From Dehalococcoidia bacterium (GTDB lineage Bacteria > Chloroflexota > Dehalococcoidia > Lucifugimonadales > VXLM01), in the NCBI GenBank assembly GCA_963667105.2, contig OY763089.1, forward strand, positions 1,306,362 through 1,370,361: DNA of 64,000 nucleotides, written 5' to 3'. Position numbers and translations under genes: made by a program. Positions 9,124-18,083 of the stretch are shown here, piece after piece (within the stretch, counting starts at the first letter, position 1; each line of letters opens with the position of its first letter). The notes under the pieces were generated by a model. That model was given only the letters and a program-made list of their open reading frames with translations. It was not told where the DNA came from and did no database searches.

Positions 9124-10818
9124 TTAGGAAGTCACCGCGCCCTGTGAGGCTGAACCCACCAGCCGGGCGTACTTCGCCATCACCCCCCGCTCGTACCGGG
9201 ACGCGGGCGCCTGCCACGTCTCGCGCCGTCGCTCAAGCTCCTCATCGGATACCAGTACGCTGAGCTCGCGCGTCTCGACGTTCATGCGAATCGTATCGCC
9301 GCCCTGTACGAGACCGATATTCCCGCCGACGGCCGCCTCGGGGGCCGCATGACCGATCATCGGCCCGTGCGTCGCCCCGGAGAACCGCCCGTCCGTGATG
9401 AGCAGCACGTTGGAGCCGAGGTCGCCCTGGCCCATGATCGCGCCGGTCACCGCGAGCATCTCCTGCATCCCCGGCCCTCCCTTCGGGCCTTCGTACCGGA
9501 TGACGACCACGTCGCCGCTCACGATCTCGCCTCTCGTGACCGCCTCGAAGCAGGCCCGCTCCCCGTCGTAGACCTTGGCCGGACCCTCGTGCGCGAGGTG
9601 CTTCGTCCCCGCCACCTTCATGACTGCGCCGTCGGGCGCTAGGTTCCCCTTGAGGATAACCAGCCCGCCCGTCTTGCTGCGCGGCTTGGAGGCAGGATAG
9701 ATCACCTTGCAGTCCGGCGCGCTGATGTCCATCTCGGCTAGATTCTCGGCCATGCCCTTGCCCGTCACCGTCATGCAGTCGCCGTGCAGCAGCCCCGCGT
9801 CGAGCAGTTCCTTCATGACGACCTGTATTCCGCCCGACCTGTCCACGTCGGACATCACGTACTGCCCGCCCGGCCGAAGGTCGGTCATGTACGGCGTCTT
9901 GCGACTGAGCCGGTCGAAGTCGTCGATGCTGATCTCGACCTTCGCCTCGTGTGCGATTGCCAGCAGATGGAGCACCGCGTTGGTCGATCCTCCCATTGCG
10001 AGGACGACCATCATGGCGTTTTCGAGTGACTCTTTCGTGATGATGTCGCGCGGCTTGATGTCGCGCTCCAGCAGCGTGTAGAGGGCGTCACCGGCGCTGT
10101 ATGCGACTCCCTCGCCCCGCCGGTCGACGGCCGGTATCGACGCCGCGCCGGGTAGGGACATGCCCATCGCCTCGATGGCCGATGACATCGTGTTCGCCGT
10201 GAACATCCCGGAGCACGCGCCCTCTCCCGGACACGCCACTTTCTCCATTCCCGTGAGATCGTCTTCCGAAAGCTGTCCGCGAGACCAAGACCCGACGGCC
10301 TCGAACATGTCCTGGATGTTGATGTCCTTGCCGTGGAAGTTCCCCGGCAGGATCGCCCCGCCGTACACGAAGATCGAGGGGATGTTCAGCCGCGCCATCG
10401 ACATGATGCAGCCCGGCATGTTCTTGTCGCACGCCGCCACCGCGATCAGCCCGTCCATGCTCTCTCCGAAGCACACCGTCTCGATGGAGTCCGCTATGAC
10501 CTCGCGGCTCACCAGCGACGCCTTCATACCCTCCGTGCCCATCGAGATGCCGTCGCTGATCGTAATGGTGCCGAACATGAACGGCACGCTGTCCGCCGCC
10601 CACAAGCCGTCCTTCACCCGCTCAGCGATGCGGGTCAGGTGGACGTTGCACGGGGTAACGTCGCTGGCGAGATTCGCCACGCCAACGAAGGGCTTGGCCA
10701 TGTCCTCGTCACGCAGGCCGACGGCCCGCAGCATCGATCGCGCCGGCGCCCGGTCGGGGCCGAGACTGAGAGCGGCGCTCTTCTTCTTCAACGTATGTCG
10801 TTCGGCGGCAATCGTCAT
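9124..10818 (-). CDS. ilvD: Dihydroxy-acid dehydratase
   Basis: Full-length IlvD/Edd pattern ([49 protein letters not shown]). Start at ATG 10818 (MTIAAERH). Confidence 0.92.
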   Translation of the reverse strand: MTIAAERHTLKKKSAALSLGPDRAPARSMLRAVGLRDEDMAKPFVGVANLASDVTPCNVHLTRIAERVKDGLWAADSVPFMFGTITISDGISMGTEGMKASLVSREVIADSIETVCFGESMDGLIAVAACDKNMPGCIMSMARLNIPSIFVYGGAILPGNFHGKDINIQDMFEAVGSWSRGQLSEDDLTGMEKVACPGEGACSGMFTANTMSSAIEAMGMSLPGAASIPAVDRRGEGVAYSAGDALYTLLERDIKPRDIITKESLENAMMVVLAMGGSTNAVLHLLAIAHEAKVEISIDDFDRLSRKTPYMTDLRPGGQYVMSDVDRSGGIQVVMKELLDAGLLHGDCMTVTGKGMAENLAEMDISAPDCKVIYPASKPRSKTGGLVILKGNLAPDGAVMKVAGTKHLAHEGPAKVYDGERACFEAVTRGEIVSGDVVVIRYEGPKGGPGMQEMLAVTGAIMGQGDLGSNVLLITDGRFSGATHGPMIGHAAPEAAVGGNIGLVQGGDTIRMNVETRELSVLVSDEELERRRETWQAPASRYERGVMAKYARLVGSASQGAVTS

Positions 10819-10947
10819 GTGCAGTCTCCCAAGTGGACGATTTGGCGACGGTCCTCCCGTCGCATTCATCGGACGTTTGATAAGTGTCGGAACTCTAAGG
10901 CTAAAGGGTACGAGGGCAGTGTAAAAGGGTCAAGCATATAGAGGGGC

Positions 10948-11982
10948 CTACGCTCCCGCCGCGCCAAGCTCCTTTCTCTTCCTCCGCGACCTCGTCAGGT
11001 TCCACGCCAGGAACACCAGGCCGCCAATCACGATGATGCTCAGATACGTGATCGAACGGTCGACCAGCGCGACGGACACCGCGTCGTGTCGTGCCATCCC
11101 CAGCACGAGGAGGCCGGTCACGCCCGGCTCCACGGCCCCGACTCCGCCAGGCGTCGGCACCGTGCTCAGCAGCGCATGACCCAGCGCGGCGATGAGGATC
11201 AGCGAGAGCGACACGTCGAAGTTCAGCGCCTGCACGACGAAGTATAGCCGTCCGACCTCCAGTATCCACCCCACGAAGCTGAGCAGAAACGGCACTCGAA
11301 GCTCTCCGAAGCTCCCGACCGCTCCATCATGGAATCTCCGGTAGGCGCGTTCGAGCCTGTCGGGGAGGAACCGCGCCAGTCGTGGGCCATACCCCCGCAT
11401 CACAGCCAAAACCGCAAGCAGCGCCATCGCCATCGCGAACGCCGCGCCGACGAGGTAGACCGTACCCGAGAAGTCCGCCGTCAGCGAAAACGCCAGTGCC
11501 CCCACGACGATCAGCACGAACACGGCAACCATGTCCATGATGCGCTCGCCGAAGATCGTGCCGAGGCTCCACGAAAACCCCGTCCGCGCCTCGTCCGAAA
11601 GCGCGTAGGCGCGATAGGCGTCCCCCAACCGTAGCCACGCCACCGAGTTGACGAACCACCCGACGATGATGAGTTGAGAGTAGCGCCACACCGATGGCGT
11701 CCGAGCGTCCGGGATTTCCTCGATGCCCGCGCTCCGCGAGAGGATCCGCCACCGAAGCCCCCGGAATACGAAGCTCAGGTAGTACAGGAGCAGCCCCAGC
11801 GCGTACAGCATGGGGTCGAGCGCCTTGATGTTGCTCCACGTCTGGTCCAAATCGAGATCGAACCGCTCCGCGAGGAAGTAGAGGAACGCGACCGCGACCG
11901 CCAGGGAGATCAGGGTATAGGGAGAGAGAACTCGTTGCCGGAGCGATACCGACGGTGCTTCGTTGCCGTTATCTTGGGGCAT
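10948..11982 (-). CDS. Flippase-like / lysylphosphatidylglycerol-synthase TM-domain family membrane protein (UPF0104)
   Basis: 344-aa polytopic protein. The N-terminal pattern LYFLAERFDLD..W..I and FRGLRWRIL is typical of TIGR00374-like proteins. Confidence 0.6.
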   Translation of the reverse strand: MPQDNGNEAPSVSLRQRVLSPYTLISLAVAVAFLYFLAERFDLDLDQTWSNIKALDPMLYALGLLLYYLSFVFRGLRWRILSRSAGIEEIPDARTPSVWRYSQLIIVGWFVNSVAWLRLGDAYRAYALSDEARTGFSWSLGTIFGERIMDMVAVFVLIVVGALAFSLTADFSGTVYLVGAAFAMAMALLAVLAVMRGYGPRLARFLPDRLERAYRRFHDGAVGSFGELRVPFLLSFVGWILEVGRLYFVVQALNFDVSLSLILIAALGHALLSTVPTPGGVGAVEPGVTGLLVLGMARHDAVSVALVDRSITYLSIIVIGGLVFLAWNLTRSRRKRKELGAAGA

Positions 11983-12015
11983 GATCGAACGTCGTCGGCA
12001 TAGTGAGTCTTGGAT

Positions 12016-12729
12016 CTATAAGGGGCGTTTGGAGGGAATGCCCGGCCGTCTCGGGTAGCTCGGAGGCGTCGCCCGTTGCTTTTCGATTACGACGAGCGTT
12101 CCGATCCCGACCGGCGGCCTAACCAGCATACCACGATCCTCGACCCTGCCGCCCAAGGTAGCGATGGCGTTTCGGGCCTCGCAAAGTTCCACCTCCGGCT
12201 GCGGCCCCTTCTGCGCGATCATCATCCCGCCCACCGAGCAAAACGGCAGACACAGTTCCGCCAGCACGTCCAGCCTCGCCACGGCCCTCGAAACGACGGC
12301 TCCGAAACGCTCCCGCATCTCCGGCCCGTGCGCTTCCTCCTCGGCTCGGCCGGTAACGACCTCGACTCCCTCAAGCCCGAGATTGTCGACCACATGGCGC
12401 AGAAAGGCGGTTTTCTTGGCCGTTGCCTCCAGCAGCGTTACGTCAATCCGGGGATATGCGATCTTCAGCGGCAGGCCCGGAAATCCTGCCCCGCTGCCCA
12501 CGTCGAGCAATCCGCCTCTGCCATCGAGAACGTTCGCCGGTAGTGCCGAAGCGACGGCCAGCGAGTCGAGGAAATGCCGTTCCTGCACCTCTTCCCAGCC
12601 AGTAACCGCAGTCAGGTTGACGTTCTCGTTCCATACAATCAACTCGTTATGGTACGACATGAACCGCTCCACCTGTTCGCCGTCCAGGTCGATGCCCAAT
12701 CGAGCCCCGCCTTCGATCAATACCTCCAT
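12016..12729 (-). CDS. rsmG: 16S rRNA (guanine527-N7)-methyltransferase
   Basis: GidB pattern: WNENVNLTAV..RHFLDSL, LLDVGSGAGFPGLPLKI, LLEATAKKTAFL. Confidence 0.88.
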   Translation of the reverse strand: MEVLIEGGARLGIDLDGEQVERFMSYHNELIVWNENVNLTAVTGWEEVQERHFLDSLAVASALPANVLDGRGGLLDVGSGAGFPGLPLKIAYPRIDVTLLEATAKKTAFLRHVVDNLGLEGVEVVTGRAEEEAHGPEMRERFGAVVSRAVARLDVLAELCLPFCSVGGMMIAQKGPQPEVELCEARNAIATLGGRVEDRGMLVRPPVGIGTLVVIEKQRATPPSYPRRPGIPSKRPL

Positions 12730-12829
12730 TCAACTATTCTCCTCATCGACGTATGAACGGTCGCAAGTGATTCTAGCATCGAACACGCGATAGCTCCCGT
12801 CCACTCCCCGCCGAAGAGAACGTTGCCGC

Positions 12830-12858
12830 TTGACAAACCTCACTCCCCCGCATAAACT
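12830..12858 (+). promoter_or_regulatory. Sigma70-like promoter TTGACA-N17-TAAACT
   Basis: TTGACA at 12830..12835, a 17-nt spacer, then TAAACT at 12853..12858, about 20 nt upstream of the riboswitch. Confidence 0.5.
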
Positions 12859-12875
12859 CCCCCAAAATCAATAGA

Positions 12876-12975
12876 CCCGGGGGGAGCTTGGGCAGGCCAG
12901 GCTGAGAGGTCCCGACGCGAGGGACGACCCCACGACCTGATCTGGGTAATGCCAGCGAAGGGATGCGGTACCGTC
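12876..12975 (+). promoter_or_regulatory. TPP (THI-box) riboswitch
   Basis: The sequence GGGGGAGC..GGCUGAGAGG..ACCCCACGACCUGAUCUGGGUAAUGCCAGCGAAGGGA matches the conserved THI-element core (CUGAGA, ACCUGAUCUGGNUAAUGCCAGCG.AGGGA). Confidence 0.85.
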
Positions 12976-12988
12976 CATCTTTCGTAAA

Positions 12989-13020
12989 GGCCACCCGATC
13001 AGAGGGTGGCCTTCTTGGTT
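12989..13020 (+). terminator. Riboswitch expression-platform hairpin / attenuator
   Basis: GGCCACCC-gatcaga-GGGTGGCC followed by TTCTTGGTT, immediately before the SD and start of the transporter. Confidence 0.5.
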
Positions 13021-13045
13021 AACCGAACGGATGGAGGATGAAACC

Positions 13046-14518
13046 ATGCTCGACGCCGGACTCGCCGTACCCATCGCGCTCGTCACCGCCGCCGTATTCG
13101 TGGTCGCCGGGGTCATGTACGCCCGCCGTGGACATGGGGGAGTCGAGGACTACCTCGTCGCCCGCAACACTGCCGGCAGTACGCTTGCGACCGCGACACT
13201 CGTTGCGTCCGTTGCCGGTGCGTGGATTCTCTTCAGTCCGGCGCAAGCGGGCACTTGGGCGGGTGTCGCCGCCATCGTCGGATACGGCATCGGCCAGGCC
13301 GCGCCGCTCATTGCGTTCATCTGGGTCGGTCCCAAGATGCGGAGCGTGATGCCCGAGGGCCACTCGTTGACCGAGTACGTCTGGTACCGCTACGGACCCG
13401 CCATGTACGTCTTCACCCTCGGCGTCATCATCTTCTACATGTTCGTGTTCTTGTCGGCGGAACTGACCGGCATCTCCAAAGCGCTCAATCTCCTCGCCGA
13501 CATTCCCCTGCTGCTGACCGCGCTCATCGTTGGCCTTCTTACCGTCGGATACACGGCCTACGGCGGCATTCGTGCCTCCATCTTCACGGATGGAATCCAG
13601 TTCGTTCTGCTCATCCCCCTCCTGCTCATAACGTTTGTCTCACTCGTGGTAGCCGTAGATGGGTTCGGCGCGGTGCTTGAGCCGGTTCGCGAGACGGCAC
13701 CGCAGCTCCTGTCCTTCACCAACAAGGTGAGCGTCGACTTCGGTATCACCCTGATAATCGCCGTCCTCGCGGCCAATATGTTCCATCAAGGGTTCTGGCA
13801 GCGGGTCTACACGAGCAAGAACGATCGAGTGCTCCGCAGGGGCTTCGCTGCGGCGGGCGTGGTCGTTATCCCGATGATAATCATCGGCGGACTCGCCGGA
13901 ATCATGGCCGTCGGCAAGGACCTCGTCGGAAGCGCCCCCGATGTAGCAATGTTCTCCCTGATTGTCGGCGTGCTCCCGACCTGGGCGGTGATCGTCGTCC
14001 TCGTCCTGGCGCTCGTTCTCGTGATGAGCAGCCTCGACACGCTGCTCAACGGCATCGCCAGCGTCGTCACGACCGATCTCGCACGGTTCAAGCCCGAACT
14101 GAAGGGGGCGACGGTGCTCAGTTCCTCTCGCGCCATTACGGTGGTTCTCATCATCCCCGCGATACTCATCGCCTCACAGGGATATGATGTGCTCTACCTG
14201 TTCCTGATAGCCGACATGGTCTGCGCCGCCGCCGTGTTCCCTGTCTTCTGGGGACTCTATGCGCCCCGCTTCTCAGGCAGCGACGCACTGATCGCCAGCG
14301 CGCTGGGGCTAGTCGCCGGGATTCTCTTCTTCCCGACCCCGGAGCCGCCCTATCAGACGGGTTGGATCATCACCATAGACTTTGCCAGCCAGCTCATCGT
14401 GAGCTTTGCCGCGGCGCTCGGTGTCTCCATCATCGTGAGCCTCGTTCTCACCGCCCTGCGCAACCGTCCCGAGTACGACTTCGCCCAACTCCGGGAGGAG
14501 GTGCGCCTCATAGACTAG
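13046..14518 (+). CDS. Sodium:solute symporter (SSS) family transporter, ThiV-like (predicted thiamine-precursor uptake)
   Basis: About 490-aa polytopic SSS-type protein directly downstream of the TPP riboswitch. ATG 13046 is preceded by GGAGG at 13033..13037. The substrate is inferred from the riboswitch only. Confidence 0.75.
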   Translation: MLDAGLAVPIALVTAAVFVVAGVMYARRGHGGVEDYLVARNTAGSTLATATLVASVAGAWILFSPAQAGTWAGVAAIVGYGIGQAAPLIAFIWVGPKMRSVMPEGHSLTEYVWYRYGPAMYVFTLGVIIFYMFVFLSAELTGISKALNLLADIPLLLTALIVGLLTVGYTAYGGIRASIFTDGIQFVLLIPLLLITFVSLVVAVDGFGAVLEPVRETAPQLLSFTNKVSVDFGITLIIAVLAANMFHQGFWQRVYTSKNDRVLRRGFAAAGVVVIPMIIIGGLAGIMAVGKDLVGSAPDVAMFSLIVGVLPTWAVIVVLVLALVLVMSSLDTLLNGIASVVTTDLARFKPELKGATVLSSSRAITVVLIIPAILIASQGYDVLYLFLIADMVCAAAVFPVFWGLYAPRFSGSDALIASALGLVAGILFFPTPEPPYQTGWIITIDFASQLIVSFAAALGVSIIVSLVLTALRNRPEYDFAQLREEVRLID

Positions 14519-14519
14519 T

Positions 14520-15212
14520 GTGTTGAACAACATGGAAACCGCTGACGACATCTACCTCATAGCCGACGAGCTGCGCAGCGTCGCCGACCTGGGACTGCAC
14601 TACGCTCAGAACGACTACGACCGCGAGAGATACTCCCGTACTCTCGCACTGAGCGCCCGGCTGATAGCTGCGATAGAGCAGAGGCCGGCGGACGAGGTGA
14701 TGGAAGAGTACGAAGGGAGCTTGCCCCACGCGACGCCCTACGTAGCCGCCGACGCTGCCGTATTCCGGGATGAGCGCATCCTCCTGATAAAACGCGAGGA
14801 CAACGGCCTCTGGGCGATGCCGGGCGGCGCGACTGAAGTGGGCGAGACGTGGGCCTATTCGGCGGAGCGGGAGCTTCACGAGGAGGCAGGTGTGGAAGGG
14901 ACCGCCACGCAGTTGCTCGGCGTGTTCGACTCCCGTCTGTGGGGCAGTCGCGCCAAGTATCATATCTACAGCAGCGTATGGCTCGTCGAAGTCTCCGATG
15001 ACCAGACCCCAGTCTCAGGCCCCGAAACAACCGATGTAGGTTTCTTCGCCGAGGACGAATTGCCCGACCTATCTCCGGGACATACGCGTCGAATCCCCGT
15101 TGTGTTCAAACTCGCACGAGGGGAACTGCCGATTCCGTACTTCGATAAGACCGCTCCACGGGCAGGTTGGACTCATAGACGAGAGGCCGGTTTCCGACCG
15201 AGAGCCTGTTGA
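14520..15212 (+). CDS. NUDIX hydrolase with N-terminal Nudix_N-type helical domain
   Basis: Nudix box GGATEVGETWAYSAERELHEEAGV. The N-terminal segment is LIADELRSVADLGLHYAQNDYDRERY. Confidence 0.8.
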   Translation: MLNNMETADDIYLIADELRSVADLGLHYAQNDYDRERYSRTLALSARLIAAIEQRPADEVMEEYEGSLPHATPYVAADAAVFRDERILLIKREDNGLWAMPGGATEVGETWAYSAERELHEEAGVEGTATQLLGVFDSRLWGSRAKYHIYSSVWLVEVSDDQTPVSGPETTDVGFFAEDELPDLSPGHTRRIPVVFKLARGELPIPYFDKTAPRAGWTHRREAGFRPRAC

Positions 15213-15258
15213 CATCGACTCGCTGATGCTTTACATTGCTGTTGCAACTGGTTGCAAC
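15209..15258 (+). promoter_or_regulatory. Promoter TTGACA-N17-TACATT with tandem palindromic operator GTTGCAAC-TG-GTTGCAAC
   Basis: The -35 is at 15209..15214, the -10 at 15232..15237, and two perfect GTTGCAAC palindromes at 15241..15258. These lie just upstream of the Fur-family gene start at 15263. Confidence 0.5.
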
Positions 15259-15262
15259 AAGC

Positions 15263-15718
15263 ATGAGCTGCGAAGACCACTCCGTCCAGACCCTCCGTGA
15301 CTCAGGGCACCGGCTGACGCCCCAGCGGGTGCTCATCCTCTCGTCGCTCCGACACACCGACGGACACGTGACGGCGTCGGAGATTCTCGACCAGGTCCGC
15401 GAATCGTATCCCTATATCGACGCTTCGACGATCTACCGGACGCTGGGCGTCCTCAAGAAGCTGCGGCTCGTATCGGAGACCGACCTGGGCGCGGGCGAGA
15501 CGATCTATGAGTGGCTCCACCAAGACCGTCATCACCACCTCATCTGCAGGAGGTGCGACCGTCTCATCCAGCTTGACCACCAGTACATGGCAAATCTGGG
15601 AACGGAGATACTCGAGGACTACGGATTCGAGGCAGACGTCGACCACATCGCCATATTCGGCCTGTGTTCCGGCTGTGTGTCCGACCCACATGAGAACGGC
15701 AATACGAACGGGGAGTGA
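15263..15718 (+). CDS. Fur-family metalloregulator (possibly Nur/nickel-type)
   Basis: RLTPQRVLILSSL..HVTASEI, YRTLGVLKKLRLV, HHHLICRRCDRL ... GLCSGC match the Fur fold with its CxxC pairs. Start at ATG 15263. Confidence 0.8.
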   Translation: MSCEDHSVQTLRDSGHRLTPQRVLILSSLRHTDGHVTASEILDQVRESYPYIDASTIYRTLGVLKKLRLVSETDLGAGETIYEWLHQDRHHHLICRRCDRLIQLDHQYMANLGTEILEDYGFEADVDHIAIFGLCSGCVSDPHENGNTNGE

Positions 15719-15727
15719 GATAGAGGT

Positions 15728-16492
15728 ATGGATATCGAGACAGGCGCGCTGGCAGTCCTCATACTGGGGTTCCTCCTGGGACTGAAGCACGCCACGGACG
15801 CCGACCACGTCGTCGCGGTCTCGACGATCGTGACGGAGCAGCGTAACGTCTGGCGAGGACTGTGGATCGGAGCCTCATGGGGCGCGGGCCACTCTACCCC
15901 ACTGCTCATTTTGGGCCTGGTCATCCTCGTCTTGAAGGACTACGTGCTCGACCAATACGAGGCAGTTGCCCCGTTCCTCGAGTTCGGCGTGGGCATCATG
16001 CTGGTGTATCTCGGAGCGAGCGTGGTGTGGAACATTTGGCGGGGCAAGGTCCACATCCACCCGCACACTCATGACGCTCCACACGTCCATATCCACGCGA
16101 CACATGAGGCGCGTTCCACACACGGTTCGGCGCATGACTCCGCCACCGACAGTCACAACAGCTTTTTCGCCTTCGGCAGGCCAGTCTTCCGGGTCAAGTC
16201 ATACGTCATCGGCATAGTCCACGGTCTCGCGGGCAGCGCGGCGGTCATGCTGGCCCTGCTCCCGACCATCGACACGTTCTTGACAGGCGTCGGCTACCTC
16301 GTGCTCTTCAGCGTCGGTACGATGCTGTCGATGGCCGTAGTCACCGTCGTCCTCGCCGTCCCGTTCGTCGCTACCGGGGGTAACGTCATGCTGAACCGCT
16401 CGGTGGGGGTCGTCGCCGGAGCATTGAGCGCCGTCATAGGCATCGTCGTGATGTCGGAGATCGTGCTGGGCGTCACCATCATGCCGTTCTAG
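15728..16492 (+). CDS. NiCoT/NicO-type nickel-cobalt transporter with His-rich loop
   Basis: The signature LGLKHATDADHVVAVSTIV corresponds to the HA-x-DADH motif. A central loop reads HIHPHTHDAPHVHIHATHEARSTHGSAHDSATDSH. The protein is polytopic. Confidence 0.65.
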   Translation: MDIETGALAVLILGFLLGLKHATDADHVVAVSTIVTEQRNVWRGLWIGASWGAGHSTPLLILGLVILVLKDYVLDQYEAVAPFLEFGVGIMLVYLGASVVWNIWRGKVHIHPHTHDAPHVHIHATHEARSTHGSAHDSATDSHNSFFAFGRPVFRVKSYVIGIVHGLAGSAAVMLALLPTIDTFLTGVGYLVLFSVGTMLSMAVVTVVLAVPFVATGGNVMLNRSVGVVAGALSAVIGIVVMSEIVLGVTIMPF

Positions 16493-16559
16493 GTGGTGTA
16501 GACTCGGCGGGCGCGAGCGTATGGTATGCTTGCGAACCACCACGTTTGAGGGGTGAGCC

Positions 16560-17378
16560 ATGCTTACCGAACGTCAGCGAGCGCACTACGAAGCCTTCGG
16601 ATTCCTCTTTTTCAGAGAGTTGTTCTCCCCCGACGAGATGGTCGCCATCGGCGAGGAGGCCGACCGGATATGGCGGGAGGAGTCCCGCCTGCCCGGCTTC
16701 CGTCTCTCCGATCAGGGCAGCCAGCACACGTCGTCATTTGTTGAGCGGTCTCCGCTCCTGTCGAGGATCGTCGAGGACGACCGCATCTTCCTGACGGCAC
16801 AGGAACTCATTGGTGAGGGCATGGTTTGGACGAACTCCGAGGGCAACATAACAGGCTACGGTGAAGCGCCGTGGCACCCGGACCGGTGGAACATGGCCCC
16901 CGGCGACCTGGACTACCCGCGCCTCAAGGTCATGCTCTACCTCGACGAGGTCTCGGCTGAGAATGGGGCGCTCCGCGTGATACCCGGTTCCCACAAAAAC
17001 CCGTTCCATGACTCGCTGTATCCCATGCTTCAAAAGCAGGACAACGACAAGGACTGGGACACGATCCCGGAGGCTGACGACCCTGGGGATATGCCGTACA
17101 GCGTCGCGGGCGACAGGATGCCGTGCCACATCGTCGAGTCAAGGCCGGGCGACGTGCTCTTCTTCAACCAATGCCTGTGGCACGCGGCGTACAACGCCTA
17201 TGCAGGCAGGCGCTACATCGCGTTGAAGTTCGCGGGCAACCCGACGACGGATGGACATCTCGCAACGCTGCGGTGGTACAGCGACGGGGCGTTTTCACCG
17301 CACGAGGCGTTTCTGAACAGCGACAGCGAACGGCTGCGCGGCCTCGTCACCCGCATGGCGGAGCTGAGGAGCGCCTAG
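16560..17378 (+). CDS. Phytanoyl-CoA dioxygenase (PhyH) family Fe(II)/2OG oxygenase
   Basis: The N-terminus LTERQRAHYEAFGFLFFRELFS, then WHPD, ALRVIPGSHK and LWHAAYNA, are typical of the PhyH family. Confidence 0.75.
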   Translation: MLTERQRAHYEAFGFLFFRELFSPDEMVAIGEEADRIWREESRLPGFRLSDQGSQHTSSFVERSPLLSRIVEDDRIFLTAQELIGEGMVWTNSEGNITGYGEAPWHPDRWNMAPGDLDYPRLKVMLYLDEVSAENGALRVIPGSHKNPFHDSLYPMLQKQDNDKDWDTIPEADDPGDMPYSVAGDRMPCHIVESRPGDVLFFNQCLWHAAYNAYAGRRYIALKFAGNPTTDGHLATLRWYSDGAFSPHEAFLNSDSERLRGLVTRMAELRSA

Positions 17379-17941
17379 CACCGTAGTCCTTCCAACTCGA
17401 TCTCGCCTCTGGCGATCTTTTCAAGCACCTTAACGTAGTGCTCCCGCTCCGCCGCTTGGACGCGGTCGCGCAGGGTTTCGAGGGTGTCACCATCCAGCAC
17501 TGGCACCTTGACCTGCGACAAGACCGGCCCGGTGTCGTAGTCTCCCTCGACCAGGTGGACGCTCGCGCCTGTGACCTTCTCGCCTGCCGCAAGGACAGCC
17601 TCGTGCACCCTGTCGCCGTACATGCCTTGTCCGCCGTACTTGGGCAGGAGGGCGGGATGGGTGTTCAGCAGGCGGCCCTTGTAGCGCGAGAGTGTCAGAG
17701 GCCCCAGCCGCTTCATGTACCCGGCGAGCGCGACGACGTCCACCTTGTGACCGTCGAGGGTTCCCATGATCGCGCGGTCGAGGTCGGCTGCGATTGGGTG
17801 AGTGACGCCGCTGAGGTGGGCGGTCGGGATGCCGTGCTTTCGGGCGCGCGCCAATGCGCCGGAGCGCGAGTTGTTGCCGATGACCACGCGCACCTCCGCG
17901 TGTAGCCGACCTTCTTCGCAGGCGTCGATGATCGCCTGCAT
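17375..17941 (-). CDS. purN: Phosphoribosylglycinamide formyltransferase; conserved N-terminus extends upstream of the first ATG
   Basis: LLNTHPALLPKYGGQGMYGDRVHEAV..GASVHLVEGDYDTGPVL is typical of PurN. The same frame upstream of ATG 17941 reads LRLGILASHAGTT (to about 17980), which is the canonical PurN N-terminal strand. No ATG, GTG or TTG occurs there. Confidence 0.85.
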   Translation of the reverse strand: MQAIIDACEEGRLHAEVRVVIGNNSRSGALARARKHGIPTAHLSGVTHPIAADLDRAIMGTLDGHKVDVVALAGYMKRLGPLTLSRYKGRLLNTHPALLPKYGGQGMYGDRVHEAVLAAGEKVTGASVHLVEGDYDTGPVLSQVKVPVLDGDTLETLRDRVQAAEREHYVKVLEKIARGEIELEGLRC

Positions 17942-17980
17942 GGTCGTGCCCGCGTGGGAGGCGAGGATGCCGAGTCGGAG

Positions 17981-18062
17981 GCCCCCCTCTCTGTATCTCT
18001 CCCCCGCAGGGGAGAGACTGGGGATGTTTGCATCCCCGGCGAGGGAGAGACAGGGGGGTTCT
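17981..18062. repeat. GC-rich nested-hairpin REP-like element
   Basis: A 9-bp perfect stem TCTCTCCCC-cgca-GGGGAGAGA lies at 17996..18017. It is flanked by CCCCCCTCTCT ... GAGAGACAGGGGGG arms and abuts the purN 5' end. Confidence 0.6.
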
Positions 18063-18083
18063 GCTGTCCGCTCGACACGTCCC

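Noticed and set aside
17713-18078. A 121-aa minus-strand ORF upstream of and overlapping purN, considered as a possible alternative N-terminus.
   Set aside because: It is in a different frame from the PurN homology, has a Ser/Pro/Thr/Arg-rich composition, and is largely made of the REP-like element.
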